Position numbers and translations under genes: made by a program
Shown here: positions 12,876 through 26,560 of the stretch, one piece after another
Layout of the letters: the number at the start of each line of letters is the position of its first letter
How positions within the stretch are numbered: position 1 is the stretch's first letter
Notes under the pieces: model-generated
Told to the model about the DNA's origin: nothing
What the model saw: only the letters and a program-made list of their open reading frames with translations
The model's database searches: none
Assembly (NCBI RefSeq): GCF_011386835.1
Contig: NC_088792.1
Span: 82,522,001 to 82,586,000, forward strand
From: Chrysemys picta bellii
Taxonomy: Eukaryota
DNA length: 64,000 nt
Reading direction: 5' to 3'

Positions 12876-13763
12876 TTGTCCAAATTTTGTCCTTGGATGT
12901 ATATGCATAGGCAATGTAGATCTCATTAACTTGAAGAGATACACATCAATGGACAGAATTTGAAAGACTGAGGGTGGATAGATAGAAAAAGTTCAGACAC
13001 TCATGAAATCCCTACCTTTATTTATTCACTATTATGACTTTTAATATAAAAAAGATAGTACAGCTTATCATTATTAGGAAATGGAACACACTGTCGACGG
13101 CAGAAAATTCACCAGAGATTTCAAATCTCATCATTTCTAGTTAATTACAGTAATACTCTATCTCTTTGGTTTTCACAAAATCTCTCCATGGGCAATGTTT
13201 ATCAAATGGATTCAAATAATTTGCTTCAGTTTTGTCTAGAACTTTTCCCAGGTTATCTCCACCAAATCCCAGGATGAATTTGATATTAACATTACCAGTA
13301 GAATGCTATACAGATAGTACATGGCAATCAAAGAAAGAATAGTTTCTAAAACAACCATTTTCTTTTCAATAAAAAACTAAAAATGTCTTATCAGCTGAGA
13401 TAAAAAGGGTAAGGGACCACATTCTCCCCTTGACATACATGTGTAAGTCCCATTACTGCCAATGGGAGACAACCGTACATATATTGAGGGGAAAACAGAC
13501 TCATCATAGACTTGCTCTTGTACCAATAGGCACTTTGCTTTAAACTTCGATGGCAAAAGATCAGATCCTATTTGCATAAGATAGTTATGTGCGAAAGTAT
13601 TGCAATCATCAGGACATTTGTTAAAATCTTCACCTTAATTTAGGATTGTGTTTCAAAACAAAACTAAAATGAAAGCAATTACTACTTTTCAGGACTATTT
13701 TGGCTGCATCTTCTGGGATAGTTTCACAGAGAAAGATTAAGAGCCTGATCATGCAACTCCTTA

Positions 13764-14873
13764 GGGTATGTCTATACTGCAACGTAAGCCCAGGGTTAGT
13801 GGGACTCAAGTCAGCTGACTCATATTAGGGAACCCCGGGCTTGAGCGTCTACATTGTATTTTAATCCTAGGTTAAGAATTTTCTGACCCATGCTTGAACC
13901 TAGGACTCTGGCGTCCATACTGCAGTGCACAGACCCGACTCAAAGTAACCATATCCAGCGCCGTATTATTGCCTAGGCCAACAAGGCCTACGCCAAGGGC
14001 AGCAAATTTGCAGGGGCGGGAGCTCCCCTCCGCGCCCCGCGCCCCTGCTCCAGCTCACCTCCGCCTCCTCTGCAAGCGCACCGCTACATCCTGTTTCTCT
14101 CCCCTCCCAGCGCTTGCACCGCGAAACAGCTGTTTCACAGGGCAGGGAGGGAGGGGGGAGAAGGGGGAACGCCGCACGCTGGGGGAAGAGGTGGGGCCGG
14201 GGGCGGGGATTTGGGAAAGGGATCCAATAGGGGAAAGAAGGGGGCGGAGTTGGGGCGGGGACTTTGGGGAGGGGGTTGGAATGGGGGTGGGGAAAGGGCG
14301 GAGTCAGGGTGGGGCCAGGGCAGCAATTATTTCCTGGCCTAGGGGCGGCAAAATTATTAATCCGCCACTGACCATATCCCAGAGTCCCTAGAACCTGCCT
14401 CTGAAATGTGGCCATTCTAGCCCTAGGAATGTGGTGCACTGTGGGAAAACTTTACTGCCCATCCTGCACATTACCAAGAAGCAGCTTGTTTTGCAAACAG
14501 GTTGATCAGCTCCCTCTCCATTGCAAACCCAAAGTGTATTTGCAGATCAGCGATTGGAAAAGAATGGGTTAATACTGACCTGAGCTGCTGCTGTTTGCCA
14601 GGTAGGGTGCGGTGGAGGGAGGCTTCCATTTTCAATAGAGTGGATTTCAGATTGTTGGGATAGAGAGGACTAAGGAAGTTGTCCCATGGAATTGTAGGAT
14701 ACTTATGGATGACTCCAAGGACTTGAATCAAGCGGGGCCGTGGCCACACTGCAAAGCAATAGGGTTCGGACCCTGGGTCTTAGCTTCACTGGAGCTCAGA
14801 CCCTCCAGCCCTGCAAGGTTCTGGGCCTGTGGGTCCAAGCCCTGGGTTAGTGCAGTTGCAGTGTAGATATGCT
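13764..14873 (+). mobile_element. PIF/Harbinger-type MITE hosting a hAT insertion
   Basis: TIRs gggtatgtctatactgcaac / gttgcagtgtagatatgct; TTA at the left flank. Confidence 0.7.
13956..14370. mobile_element. Non-autonomous hAT element nested in the MITE
   Basis: TIRs cagcgccgtatta / taatccgccactg and perfect 8-bp TSD ACCATATC (13948-55, 14371-78). Confidence 0.92.
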
Positions 14874-15079
14874 TTCCTAAATTGGAGACTTACTTATTAC
14901 ATGAATAGCTTTCAGTGCCAGGTCTGATTATAAACTATTCATTAAATTAAAGGTTTCAGGACCGTAAAGCTTTGCAGAACTAGCAAATATACAATAACTT
15001 ACTTGCAGAACTGCGAGTCAAATACCCAACTGGCATAAATCAAGCTGAAAATCTGGACCTGAGAGCTCTGATACCTAGG

Positions 15080-15806
15080 TGTAGATATTAGACCTACTTT
15101 GGGACAGTGTCTGTATTGCAAGAGACTGCCGAGTGTGCACCAGCAGTGAGGCTCCCCCACTAACAGCTGAAATCACTGAGAGCTGAGTTCAGTGGTGGAC
15201 CCTGAAGACATCTTGGCGAGTGGCAGGCTGGCAGAGAGGGCCAGAGCAGAGTCCCACATAGAGGTGCGGAAATTGGCCAGCATGGTGACAAGCAAGTGTG
15301 TCCAAGCAGCCAGAGCATGTAAGGTGCCTCCTTACCCCCCCCCTCCACCCAGGGTGGGAGGTAACTCTGCGGATGAACCTCTGAACTCTGGGGCTGCACT
15401 GGCCAAGGACAGCAACTGTGAGTGGGGTGCAGAGAAGGGATGGGCATGTTAAAGGGACTTTTGGGTTGCAGGACTTAAGACCCTGAGGGGAAAAGGACAC
15501 TGCCCAACTTACTTGGGGGTGGGTCTTTTGTTCATGGTTTATGTTTATGAACCCTAGTTGCGGTGTTTTCCCAAATTAATTCTGAGTTACTTCCCTCCTT
15601 TTATTAACAGTTTTTGCTACACTCAGACTCTGTGCTTGCAAGAGGGGAAGTATTGCCTCTTAGAGGCACCCAGGGGGTGGTGTGTAATTGTCCCAGGTCA
15701 CTGGGTCGGGGCTCGAGCTGGTTTTGTGTTGTATTGTTGAAAAGGAACCCCTAGACACTGAACCCGGCCCTTGTTGCTGCTGGCTCCACCTGGTAGAAGG
15801 GTTACA
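15080..15806 (+). mobile_element. LTR (3' part) of a turtle Gypsy-type family
   Basis: Ends ...cccttgttgctgctggctccacctggtagaagggttaca (CA terminus); 5' end not resolved. Confidence 0.7.
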
Positions 15807-17559
15807 CACATGTACATATATAGGAATATTTTAAAAGGATGGACAAGTTCAGTTCTGTTAAATGTAAGTGACCATAACACAAACCAGTTCAGCTAAGAAC
15901 GATTTATTTTAAAACTACACACTTTGTTAAAAACACTATGGAAACAATTTAACACCTAAAAAGTGCTATAAAAAGATATGCATGCATCAGACCCATTCCA
16001 GTCACAAATGTATGTATAGACAGAATTAAAAAAAGGGATATTTTCTCCCTCAGGAATGCCAAACACTGTTCTTCATGAATATGTATAATTAGATGTTCTC
16101 TGTGAGTGAGAAGTAGTAATTAATTCAGTGTTAAACATCACAACCTATTACTTGAACTCCATGGCAACCAACATTGCCAAAAGAGAAAATGAATTTTCAA
16201 AGCCTATTTTTAAATTATTACATTTATACATTTTCCAAAATTTCAGAGCAGGTTTGCACTATTTTTAGACAAAGACAATAGAAGTTAACTTTTTCAAGTG
16301 CTAAGGAATAAGCTCATTAATGAGGGAGGTTATAATTTTTTTGACTCAAAAGAATGACTTGGTGGCAGGTGAACTAAGACTTCTATGAGATTGGGGTTAT
16401 TTTTTTGAAGGTACAGAACTGAAAATATAAGAGAAAAGGTGACTGATATGCACGGTTGTCTCAATGTGATAAACAAAGCACTCTGAAGAGCACATTTTCA
16501 AAGTATTCCTCATGGTTTCAACCACATGACTGTCACTGGCTTTTAGATGCAATTGGACCACCAGAGAACATTCTGAAATTCTGCACTCTAATAGTTTGGT
16601 TAATGATTTGTCCCTCTGTATCATCTGGTACCAATCCACACTCAAAACAGTATGTGGAAATGTTACTTTCACTGCATTCTATTAAGGACAAGCGCAATCT
16701 GTAGAATCTTGATACAGATTTCCAACCGACATTGGTTCAGGGATGTTCAGAGCTGACATAATGAACTTTCATATTCCATGAAAAATAAGGTTATTTGCAT
16801 CTGATTCCTAGCTAAACAAACTCAAAAGGAGTCTTATCTTGATAACGCAGTCGAATTTATGTGGGCTGCTCCCACTATTGTTAATCCATGCAGTGATCAA
16901 AGAATAAAACCCTATTGTCTCTCTATCTTCACAAGAAAGCTGTGGGCTACTCTTTGACAATACTGAGGTTGCAAGGCTATTTTGGTTCTCTTAATATGTA
17001 GTAAGTGGGGCTCTATGCTTCTCTCTATATGGGCAGAGTCAAGCAAAAACTGGGCAAGGTATCGAATCTCTGCTATATTCTCCCTCTCTCCCTAGAGCCA
17101 ACAGAAGAAACCCTTTCACAGGATTACAATGGAGTTAAGGCATACTGGGGAAAGTGAAGCCGCTCTTCATGGCAGGATCCCCTAAAGACCTAGCGGAATC
17201 CACTTGAAACTTAATGTTGCTCCAAGCTCCACATCTACTATCCCCCCCATAGAGATAGGTCGCAAAACCTGTGGCAGCATGGGAGGCTAAGAGTGCATCA
17301 TAGAGAGGCCCACAGAGGCCCCCACCCCATGCAGATGTTCCTAGAGCAACAGGAGGATAGAACATAAGCTCCACAAAGATTCCAGGCTACTTTACCCCCA
17401 ACCAAGAAAGCATATTTTCTCCTGTACTTCTCATTACAAAATTCTGAGGGTTTATCTGAGTAGGTTTTTATACCATGAAAAACATAGCTGGTCTATGTTG
17501 CATTAGACCTACTGAAGAAAATAATTACATTAGGGAAACCTTCAGCATAAAGAAGAAAC

Positions 17560-17762
17560 AAATAACTACTTATACTAAACAATCTGTTCCACCTTCTATT
17601 TAGTTGTGACACTGAGTACCTTTCCCAGACCTGAAGAAGAGCTCTGCATAAGCTCGAAAGCTTGTCTCTCTCACCAACAGAAGCTGGTTCAATAAAAAAT
17701 ATGACCTCACCCACCTTGTCTTGCTAATATCCTGGGACCAACACCGCTACAACAACACTGCA
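17560..17762 (+). mobile_element. Penelope-like element terminal fragment
   Basis: cctgaagaagagctctgcataagctcgaaagcttgtctctctcaccaacagaag...aataaaa..., the typical Penelope pseudo-LTR end in turtles. Confidence 0.75.
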
Positions 17763-18529
17763 AAAAACAAATACATTACATTTAGGGGAATTAACACAGC
17801 CAAAATGTGATACTCTCTTTCAGGATATAACTTCCTCAAGTAATTGTTGTGTACAAACATTTTTGTGTATTGTTTGCAGTGCTGGTCTTGGGAACCAAGA
17901 AACATTGGTTAACCCTGCAAAGAATTCCAAAGTAACCCTTTCAGTTGAAAACTACTATTCAATTCAGAACTCTGAAATGGTCAGATCCTCCCTGTAAATT
18001 TTCATTAACACTGAGCTGTAGGCAATTAAATTTTTAGAAATAGTAAGGATCAGATGTAAATCTGCAGTTAGGGCACTGAAGTTAATGGACTTACTCCACA
18101 TTTAATATCAGTGTAAATGGGATCAGAATTTAGCCTCTATATTGCACTGAAAACAGTCACAAATCAGGCTGAACAACGGAATCACCATGGTGTATAACAA
18201 ATGCAAAAATAACTTCACTTCTAAATGCAATTATTATAATGTTGCTATCTTAAAGACTTATACTTGGAAGCCAAGAAGTTGTCATAATAGAAGAGACAAG
18301 TAAACAGTAAAGTAGAAATGATGTGTCGGGGGAACTCTGAATTAGTTCAAGCCTTAAAGATGCAATCAAACCTTTTCAGATATGAGATCCAGTTACTGCA
18401 GTGCGTTTTATGGCTGGATGCAAGAAGGCTGGGGTTATTTGAGTGACATCGCTCACCCTCTCCAGTAGCCAGTTATATTAAGCACGTGGGCTGAGTTATG
18501 TGAAAATGGAAGGAGGGGACAGAGCATCA

Positions 18530-18870
18530 GTAAGGAGTAAGCAACAGGAACCCTACTAGTAGATTGCATTTTTGAGAGGCAGTAGCAGTATGAGGCAGTA
18601 GGGTGGGAATTAATGAAGAGTGGTGATTACAACTATGGAGAGAAGGTCCAGACAAAAGAAAGGGGCCTGGAGGAGAAGAGACTGCTTGAAATAGGAAGAA
18701 AAGGAGTGAGCAGAGGACTAATGGCCTTAAAATGAGTAGAGGATCAAGGAACTGATTGGGGTGTCTGGCAGATGAGAAAGACCCAACAGAGCTGGGGATA
18801 GATACAGAGAAATTGTCCTTTGCAAGGAAAGAAAAACAGAAAGAGACATGCTCAGCTGCAGGGCCAGAAA
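18530..18870 (-). mobile_element. L2 LINE fragment, decayed
   Basis: Purine-rich plus strand, similar in character to 5340-5630. Confidence 0.4.
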
Positions 18871-19322
18871 GCATTTCTGAGGCAATCGACTCTGGGTGAT
18901 CTGTTCAGACAAGAGGCCCGTATTAAACAACAAAAAGCCTCACAGTATTCCACTGTCATTGTCCAAAACACTGTAGTAGCTTTTACACCACCTTATAAAT
19001 CAGAGACATTTTATGCCTCAAGATGTGAACTGTATTCACTGCCTGCTGAGCAATTTCCCTTGAAGGAAAAGTGCTTTCTACTAAGAATCTAAGTTCTAGT
19101 ACATTTAATACCACACCAAAATTCTCTCTTTTTAGACTGGAGAACTCAACTGGACCCTAATTCAGGAAAGCACTTAGTGCAATTTAAGTACATGCCTGAG
19201 TGCTTTCTTTATCACAGCCTGATACAAGCACATCGTGAGAGAAAGTGCTTATCTTTTACACTGAGTTGAGGCCTGATCCAGCAATCCATGTGCCTTTGTA
19301 ACTCCTTGTGAAGTCAATAGTT

Positions 19323-19765
19323 AGAGTCATAGACTGTAAGGTCAGAAGGGACCATTATGATCGTCTAGTCTGACCTCCTGCACAACACAGGCCACAGAAT
19401 CTCACCCACCCACTCCTGTAATAAACCCCTAACCTATGTCTGAGCTAGTGAAGTCCTCAAATCATGGTTTAAAGACTTCAAGGTGCAGAGAATCCTCCAG
19501 CAAGTGACCCGTGCCCCACGCTGCAGAAGGCGGCAAAAAACCCCAGGGCCTCTGCCAATCTGCCCTGGAGGAAAATTCCTTCCCGACCCCAAATATGGCG
19601 ATCAGCTAAGCCCTGAGCATGTGAGCAAGACTCACCAGCCAGACACCCAGGAAAGAATTCTCTGTAATAACTTAGATCCCATCCCATCTAACATCCAATC
19701 ACAGGCCATTGGGCATACTTACCGCTAATAGTCAAAGATCAATTAATTGCCAAAATTAGGCTAAT
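19323..19765 (-). mobile_element. CR1 3'-end-related element
   Basis: Reverse complement ends ...gtcagactagacgatcataatggtcccttctgaccttacagtctatgac, the CR1-type 3' terminus. Confidence 0.8.
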
Positions 19766-20478
19766 TATCTAGTTGTTCGGTGCACCCAGGGATTGCCACA
19801 TTAGGGTCTAATTAAAGGTAAAACATGTTCAGGTAGAAAAGCTTCCTCTGACATGGACAACATATGAGTATCTGAATGAACCAAATGTTCAGCCACCAGG
19901 GAGCACTGAACTGGAGATTCTGCTTTCTACAAGAGTGTTGTGTAATGAAAATAGCACCATGACTCTATAACAATCTGAATATATTAGTATACCAAAAAAA
20001 AGTCCATCACGCCCCAAAACAGTAATTTTTTTTTATTTTGAGGCAAGTTAATATTGTATTTCTGTTCTTTTTTGTAACTTTTCTTCTGAGTAGGTTTAAA
20101 TGTTAAATTTCCCCCTGTCTGCATCAGCCATTTTCTCTGAGAAAGGAAAGAGATCAGACATTAATTGGCCCATTCTTATGAAGACAAGTGACTGAGGTTC
20201 CCCAGCAGGATACTGGATGTGATGAGGAAGCGTGGGGCTAGCTGAGGTTTCTGTCAACTTGCCTTTCAAGCAGATCTAAGAATAAACCGGAGTTGCTGCA
20301 ATTAGCCACTTATTTGCATTCGATTTAAAAGTGAGACTTCATAAATAAGTCCCATCAGCAAATGTTTATCAGAATTCCTTTTTCTGATGAGAGGCAGTTC
20401 AAGAGAATTGGGTTAGAACTTAGCTACTTTATTGCCTAATGAAATAACTGGTCATACTGTTCTGTAACTTTGCTGATA

Positions 20479-20679
20479 CAGTAACTCCTCACTTAACATT
20501 GTAGTTATGTTCCTGAAAAATGCAACTTTAAGCAAAACGATATTAAGCGAATCCAATTTCCCCAGACGAATTAATGTAAATGAGGGGGTTAGGTTCCAGG
20601 GAAATTTTTTTCACCGGACAAAAGACTATATTATATATATACACATATACATATATGTATATGTGTATATATATACATA

Positions 20680-20714
<35 letters not shown>

Positions 20715-20814
20715 TAGGTGGGGGTTAGGTTCCAGGGAAATTTTTTTCACCGGACAGAAGACTATATTATATATATACACACACATATACATATGTATAT
20801 ATATATATATACAC

Positions 20815-20852
<38 letters not shown>

Positions 20853-21780
20853 GGTGGGGGTTAGGTTCCAGGGAAATTTTTTTCACCGGACAAAAGACTA
20901 TATTATATATATACACATATACGTGTATATATATATATACACGTGTATATATATAATATAGTCTTTTGTCCGGTGAAAAAAAAATCCCTAGAACCTAACC
21001 CCCACCTAACACACACACACACACACACACATACACAGTATAAGTTTTAAACAAACAATTTAATACTGGTACACAGTGATGATGATTGTGAAGCTTAGTT
21101 GAGGTGGAGGAGTCAGAAGGTGGATATTTCCCTTACTGTTAAATGATGAACTAGCAATTGGCTGAGCCTTCAAGGGTTAACTCTCTCACTCTACAAGGCA
21201 GCAGGAATGGAGGGAGGGGAGACATCGCAGACAGAGACACACACCGTATGTGTGAGAGAGAGATGTGCATTTCCCCTTTAAGTACACTGCCTTGTTAATT
21301 AGATCAGCTTGCTGAGACCGTAGCTGCTGCAAGCTCCCTCCGTCCTGAGCCCTGGTGTGTCCCCCCTGCTCTATGGAAGATGGGTTAAGGAGGTGCAGGG
21401 GGGAGGGGGACACTCTGACATTAGTCCCCCTCTTCCTTCCCTCCCTCCCGCACAGCAAGCAGGAGTCTTGGGGAGCAGCTCCAAGGCAGAGGGCGGGAGC
21501 AGCACATGGCAGTGGGGGGAGGAACAGCTGAACTGCAGGCAGCTGCTGCACAGGGAACTTAGGGGAGCACGGAGGGCTGCCAGTCCTCCCTGGTGCCAAG
21601 CCCCCACCAGCTAGCTGCAACGGGCTGCTCTTCCTGCAAGCAGTAGACAAAGCAGGCGGCTGCCAAACTACGCGTTAGAAGGGAGCATTGCACAACTTTA
21701 AAGGAGCATGTTCCCTAATTGATCAGCAACGTAACAATGAAACAATGTTAACCAGGACGACTTTAAGTGAGGAGTTACTG
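20479..21780 (+). mobile_element. Tigger-like MITE, copy 2, with internal triplication and inversion
   Basis: Perfect 18-bp TIRs cagtaactcctcacttaa / ttaagtgaggagttactg and TA TSD (20477-78, 21781-82). Confidence 0.93.
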
Positions 21781-21903
21781 TACTATGGGACACTGATATT
21801 ATTGACCTCCATGGTGCTATGACAATTGGTCCCTGCATAGGCTCGATGGCAAAGAAGTCTCCAGTGTCTTTCAGAGAGTAAACAGACAGAGATAAACTTC
21901 TCA

Positions 21904-22096
21904 GCCCAGATTTTTAACGGTATTAGCTACATTCAGCGTTGCAACGTCTAACTGATTTAGGCACTTGACAGCCTAAATCCCATTGACTGTCAATGAGATT
22001 TTGACTCCTGAGTGCCTAAATCACTTTTGAAAATGAGTCTTAGGTGCTGCAAAGCTGAGCTCGGCTATGCCTAAATACCTTTAAAAATCTGGGCCC
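21904..22096. mobile_element. Palindromic non-autonomous DNA element
   Basis: gcccagatttttaacggtatt ... aatacctttaaaaatctgggc inverted ends with a cccattgactgtcaatg core. Confidence 0.6.
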
Positions 22097-22144
22097 TCAT
22101 CTTTTAAAATGTGCTCAGATACTGCAGTGATGGATGCCGTATAA

Positions 22145-23040
22145 CAGGGATGGGCAGCTGGGGGCCGCATCCAGCTTGCCAGATCATTTTATTTGGCCCA
22201 CCAACCACGAGCGTAGCCACAGATGGGCCTGGGTGGGCCACAGACCACCCCATTAGCACCCAGGCCCACCCAAATCGGAGCCTGAGAGGAGGTGGCTCTG
22301 CTAGCGCCAGGAATTAGGGAAGAAGAAGAGGCGATGGAGGAGAAGTAGCAGCTCTGCAAGTGCCTGGCATGAGGGAAGGGGCAAGAGGCTCTGCCAGTAT
22401 GGAGCAGAAGATGGCGAAAGGTGGCTCTTCCCACCATCTGGAAGAGGAGAGAAGACTACTCGCTGAGACCTGCTGGAGTAAGAGCGGGAGGCAGCAGCTC
22501 CCCGGTTGCAGTGGGCTTGCCCTAGATGGCCCTGCTGGACAGCACCCAGGAATTACCAAACTGGGGCTGCGTGTCCCCAGAGGCAGGGACTAGGGCAGAA
22601 GCAGGGTCAGGGAGTACAGGCTCATCTACCTTCCTGGAGATCATGGAGTCAAATGTGGGCGGGCCAGGTGTGAATGTGATGCAATGTGGCATGATGGTGT
22701 CAGTGCAGGATTTGCTACTCTGGTGCATGTTCTCACAGCAGCAGCCGAGAGGTGAAATGCCCTAGGGTATCTTCCTCACCTGCAACCTCTTCCACTGCAT
22801 CCTGGAGCCTCTAAAAGAAAAATGTATGGCCGGCCAAAGAGTTGTAGTGGATTTTGTAGCCTTCTACTAACTTGAAGATGCCCATCCTGCCATATAAGTA
22901 CTTAGAAAATGTGTGAGATGCTTGTTCATTTATGCTATTTGTGCCACAATCAGCATTTCTTTGTTTTTATAATAAATATTTGATGATAGTTTATATAGAA
23001 TAGATGGTTACCATTAAAAAGTCAGCATTTGCCAACCCTG
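22145..23040. mobile_element. Older non-autonomous hAT element
   Basis: TIR-like ends cagggatgggca / tgccaaccctg; TSD no longer matches. Confidence 0.55.
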
Positions 23041-26000
23041 CTGAAATATCACATTTATCAGCTATCCTTAGAGCAGAAAGTTATTGTTTCTGTTAGACAG
23101 TGGTGTTGACTTTTCAAGGTCAGTCACGTTCACTATTCAAATACAAAACCCTAAAATACCCTAAAATACAAAACACTAAACAAGTGAACAATAGTTCATG
23201 GCATAAAGAGATTTCATGACAATTTACTGTCCAAGATCACTCTCACTTATCATTAGTGATTCTGCCATCTGGGTAAAAGATAAATAAAACCAAAATTGCC
23301 TACAAATTAAAATAAAACCCTCAAACCAAGAAGAGGACACTCATGTCCAGATTCTAGTACCGCTCTGTGGCCAGTACATGAGTGGTGGGCATAGTAGTAT
23401 GAGCCTACATCAAGTTACTGTACATGGGTTCAGACATGGTGATGCTAATGCTCAACTACTTTAATGTCTCCCTTGTTAATAATTCCACACTTGTGATCAG
23501 TTAGATATCAATGCTCACTTATGTCTCCTTCTATTTCCTAGTAAGAAATTCCCAATTACATAACTGTTGCGCTAGTGCATGATGGGATGAACATAAGTTC
23601 ATAATGTCACCCTGTTACATGTGTGATGTAGTAATGAGTGGGTATGGTAGTAATAATCTTTAAGAAAATATAAGAAAATAATGCTATGGAAAACCAAAAG
23701 GAGGACATCATTAGTTCAAATACACAATCAATAGCCATCAAGTGACTCAGATCCCTGACTCTCAGAAAGCTGGGAGTTCAACTCCCTTTCCCCCAAAAGC
23801 TTGTCTCGGTCTGCTTTGCCATCACCAATCTCTGCAATTTGTGTTTACCCTTTCATAGGACCTTTGCAAACATGAGTTCCTGATAGTTGAGCCCTGAAGA
23901 GAGACCATCAATTGGAGTCTTAAGGTGGTCACATTTTATGAGTCCTGCAGCCTGCAACTCCCGATCTCTTTCTGTTCCATTTATATTGTTTTGTCCTTTT
24001 TCTCTGTCCTGAGGAAGTGGCCCCAGATAATCTGGATGAAAATAGTTTTTGGAGTTATGACACATGTGTAGGATAAGGACAGGACAAGATTTGAAAAGTA
24101 AAAATATCCTTTTGCTCTAAATATTATTTCATTCCATTAATCACAAGGGTCCTACATTTTAATGCCTCTGCCTTCAGGGGTCCCAGATTTCCTAAATCAG
24201 TTTGAAGGCTTTTGTTTTAAAGGTTAATTTGAAATCTCCACTGCTGTTTAGAGATCTTCTTGTAATTTAGCAAGCATGCCTAAAGCAATAAGCCATTTTT
24301 GAAGTCAGCAAAAAAGAAATTATTTGAACTTTCTCAGGGGATACTCTCATGGGATGAGAAATAAAAACTAGATTAAGTTTCAGTGTTCTCCATTAAATAG
24401 AAGCTATTCACTCATGGGATGAGATATGTAATAGAGTATCATCAATATTTTTACATAAAGTCTTCTTCAGATTCTTTCCCTTCATTCTGACATACAGTGC
24501 TATACAGATTTGATATAAGGGTTGAAGAAATGTAGGTCATCTCCTTAAAAAGAACAGCGTGTATTTCAAAGTTTGGATGATTTAGTATTGATACATAAAA
24601 ACAACAAGGAGTCCGGTGGCACCTTAAAGTATTGATATATAAATCAGTGAATCTGAAATGTGACTTTGGTGTGAATCTTACAAAGGGGGGAAAAGACAAA
24701 AATACTAAACCACAGAAAGAATGATAAGTAACTTCCTTCCAAGGAAAAAAACAAACAGATCATAAACAGGGAAGGATTATTTTCCTGGCCCATTGCTCTG
24801 ACTGTCCCTCCATGAATCCCTCCACTAGCTTTCCATTTTCTATTACATCTTGTCCCCAACCTTCAAGGTTTATGTCCTCACTCACACAACTCCACCCCTC
24901 CCTATCTGTGTGCAATTTTTGATTGCACTTCGTAGCCCTCCTTCATTCTGAGAACAATGCTAGCTTTGAAAAGCCATTTCTAAACTACTCCCACTCTGCT
25001 CCTTATCCATGAAACATCCACAAGAAGTTAAACTGTGAAGCCACTAGGGTCTCTCCTCTGCAGGGCCCAGCTCCGCTGTCATGCCAACAAAACAAAACAA
25101 AAAATCAGCTAACCAAATAATGGCTGGGTCAGACAGCAGTCTGGAATAATTGATTTAATTTATTTATGTTTAAAAACACTTTGGTTATTTTGAACCACAA
25201 GGTTGTCAAACAGACAAACTGCTATCTTGTCATCATTAGCTTTGTTCTTCCATTCCCCTTCCATTTGTCACACACACATGTGTGCTTTGTTTCAAAGGTG
25301 GTCAAAAAATTTCAAATAAAAAGGATTTTCTTCAACAAATTACTTTAAAAATTTCATGAGAATTAGTCAACATGGTTGAAATTTTTTATTTTATTTTGCT
25401 ACACAAAATTCATGTTTTTTAAAAAATATATTAAACTTTTTTTAAAAAATGTTTTTAAACTTTTCCATTGATTGAAACTAGGTTTTCAGTAAAAGAAAAA
25501 ATCTAATAACATTTTCAACATTTTAAAATTCACAAAAATATTGAAAATACCAAACATTTTAACACTTCATAGCAAAAATAACTAAAATTTTTCACAAAAT
25601 AGGTTTATTTTTTTAAGCTAGCTCCGTAAATTACACTGTCTGATATTGGGAGTAGGGATCATGTTTGCACAGCACCTCTCACTACAGGACCCTAATCCTG
25701 CTTGGTGGCCTCTACGTGCATACCAATGCAAATAAATAACAGTTGGATATTTAAAGTCATGTATCACAAATCCCAGCCTCTATTCTTGTAAATACCTACA
25801 AGTGATTTTACTTGTTCATTTCAAAGAAAAAGGCAGTGATTCATACTTACAGCAGCTACACATTTTACCCAGACGTTCACCTTAGTGTAGGAGCACAAAG
25901 CTATACATAATAGGGTGCACTTGCAAGGAGCCTTAAACAAGTTTGTTGGTATTTGATTGCACAGCCGATGGCCTATGCATTGTACTGCTGAGTTCAAGAC

Positions 26001-26409
26001 AGGCTGAGTGCTTTGTGGCACAGACATTTTTAATATGGGCTGTTAGAGCAGAGGACCAAAGGATTAGATAGCTTCAAGATATATTGCACTGAAGCACGGG
26101 CTGGGCACGTGTCATGCTGTGCAGTTGCCGATGGGGTATCAGCACATAGTACCGTTCTACTATGACATGTGAGATGTATATATGTAGGTACATTATTCTG
26201 TAGCGTATGGCGTTATGGGCATATTACTTCTCTCCTGTGGTAAAACCCATGAGAGGAACTTCTGGGAGAGAAAAACTACACAATGATCCCCTTGCAGCTT
26301 TCCATCTCATACGGTTCTGTAAGGAAATGGGGCTGGATCCCTGGGAAGTCTCTGCTCCATCCATTGGGTCTGGAGAAAGGGGTAGAGGAGAAAGAAAGAA
26401 ATAGTGCCA

Positions 26410-26560
26410 TAGAGGGGGGGCAGACAATAGTTTAGATTGTAAGCTCCACCAGGCAGAGTTTTTCTGTCTTGTGTTTGCACTGTGCCTAGCACAATGGGGT
26501 TCTCGACTATGACTGGAGTTCCTAGGCAATACAAATGCAGTGTAAATAAATAATAAGCCA
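26410..26560 (+). mobile_element. L2 3' end
   Basis: tagattgtaagctcc...tgtgcctagcacaatgggg...aaataaataataa. Confidence 0.7.

Noticed and set aside
13894-14439. Long overlapping ORFs (157-165 aa)
   Set aside because: They come from the GC-rich low-complexity interior of the hAT element; the same applies to 28097-28540 and 28933-29378.
14995-15050. Minus-strand WVFDSQFCK|gtaagt resembling the GPCR WxFGxxxCK motif
   Set aside because: Lies in a ggtccagattttca-type repeat remnant, and no transmembrane exons are found nearby.
17135-17374. 79-aa minus ORF that looks protein-like (GGGLCGPLYDALLASHAATGF...)
   Set aside because: No recognisable family, no convincing splice or start context; composition fits a decayed GC-rich repeat.
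20584-20930. CRISPR-like repeat/spacer array
   Set aside because: Vertebrate DNA; the spacers are near-identical microsatellites, so this is a tandem duplication.
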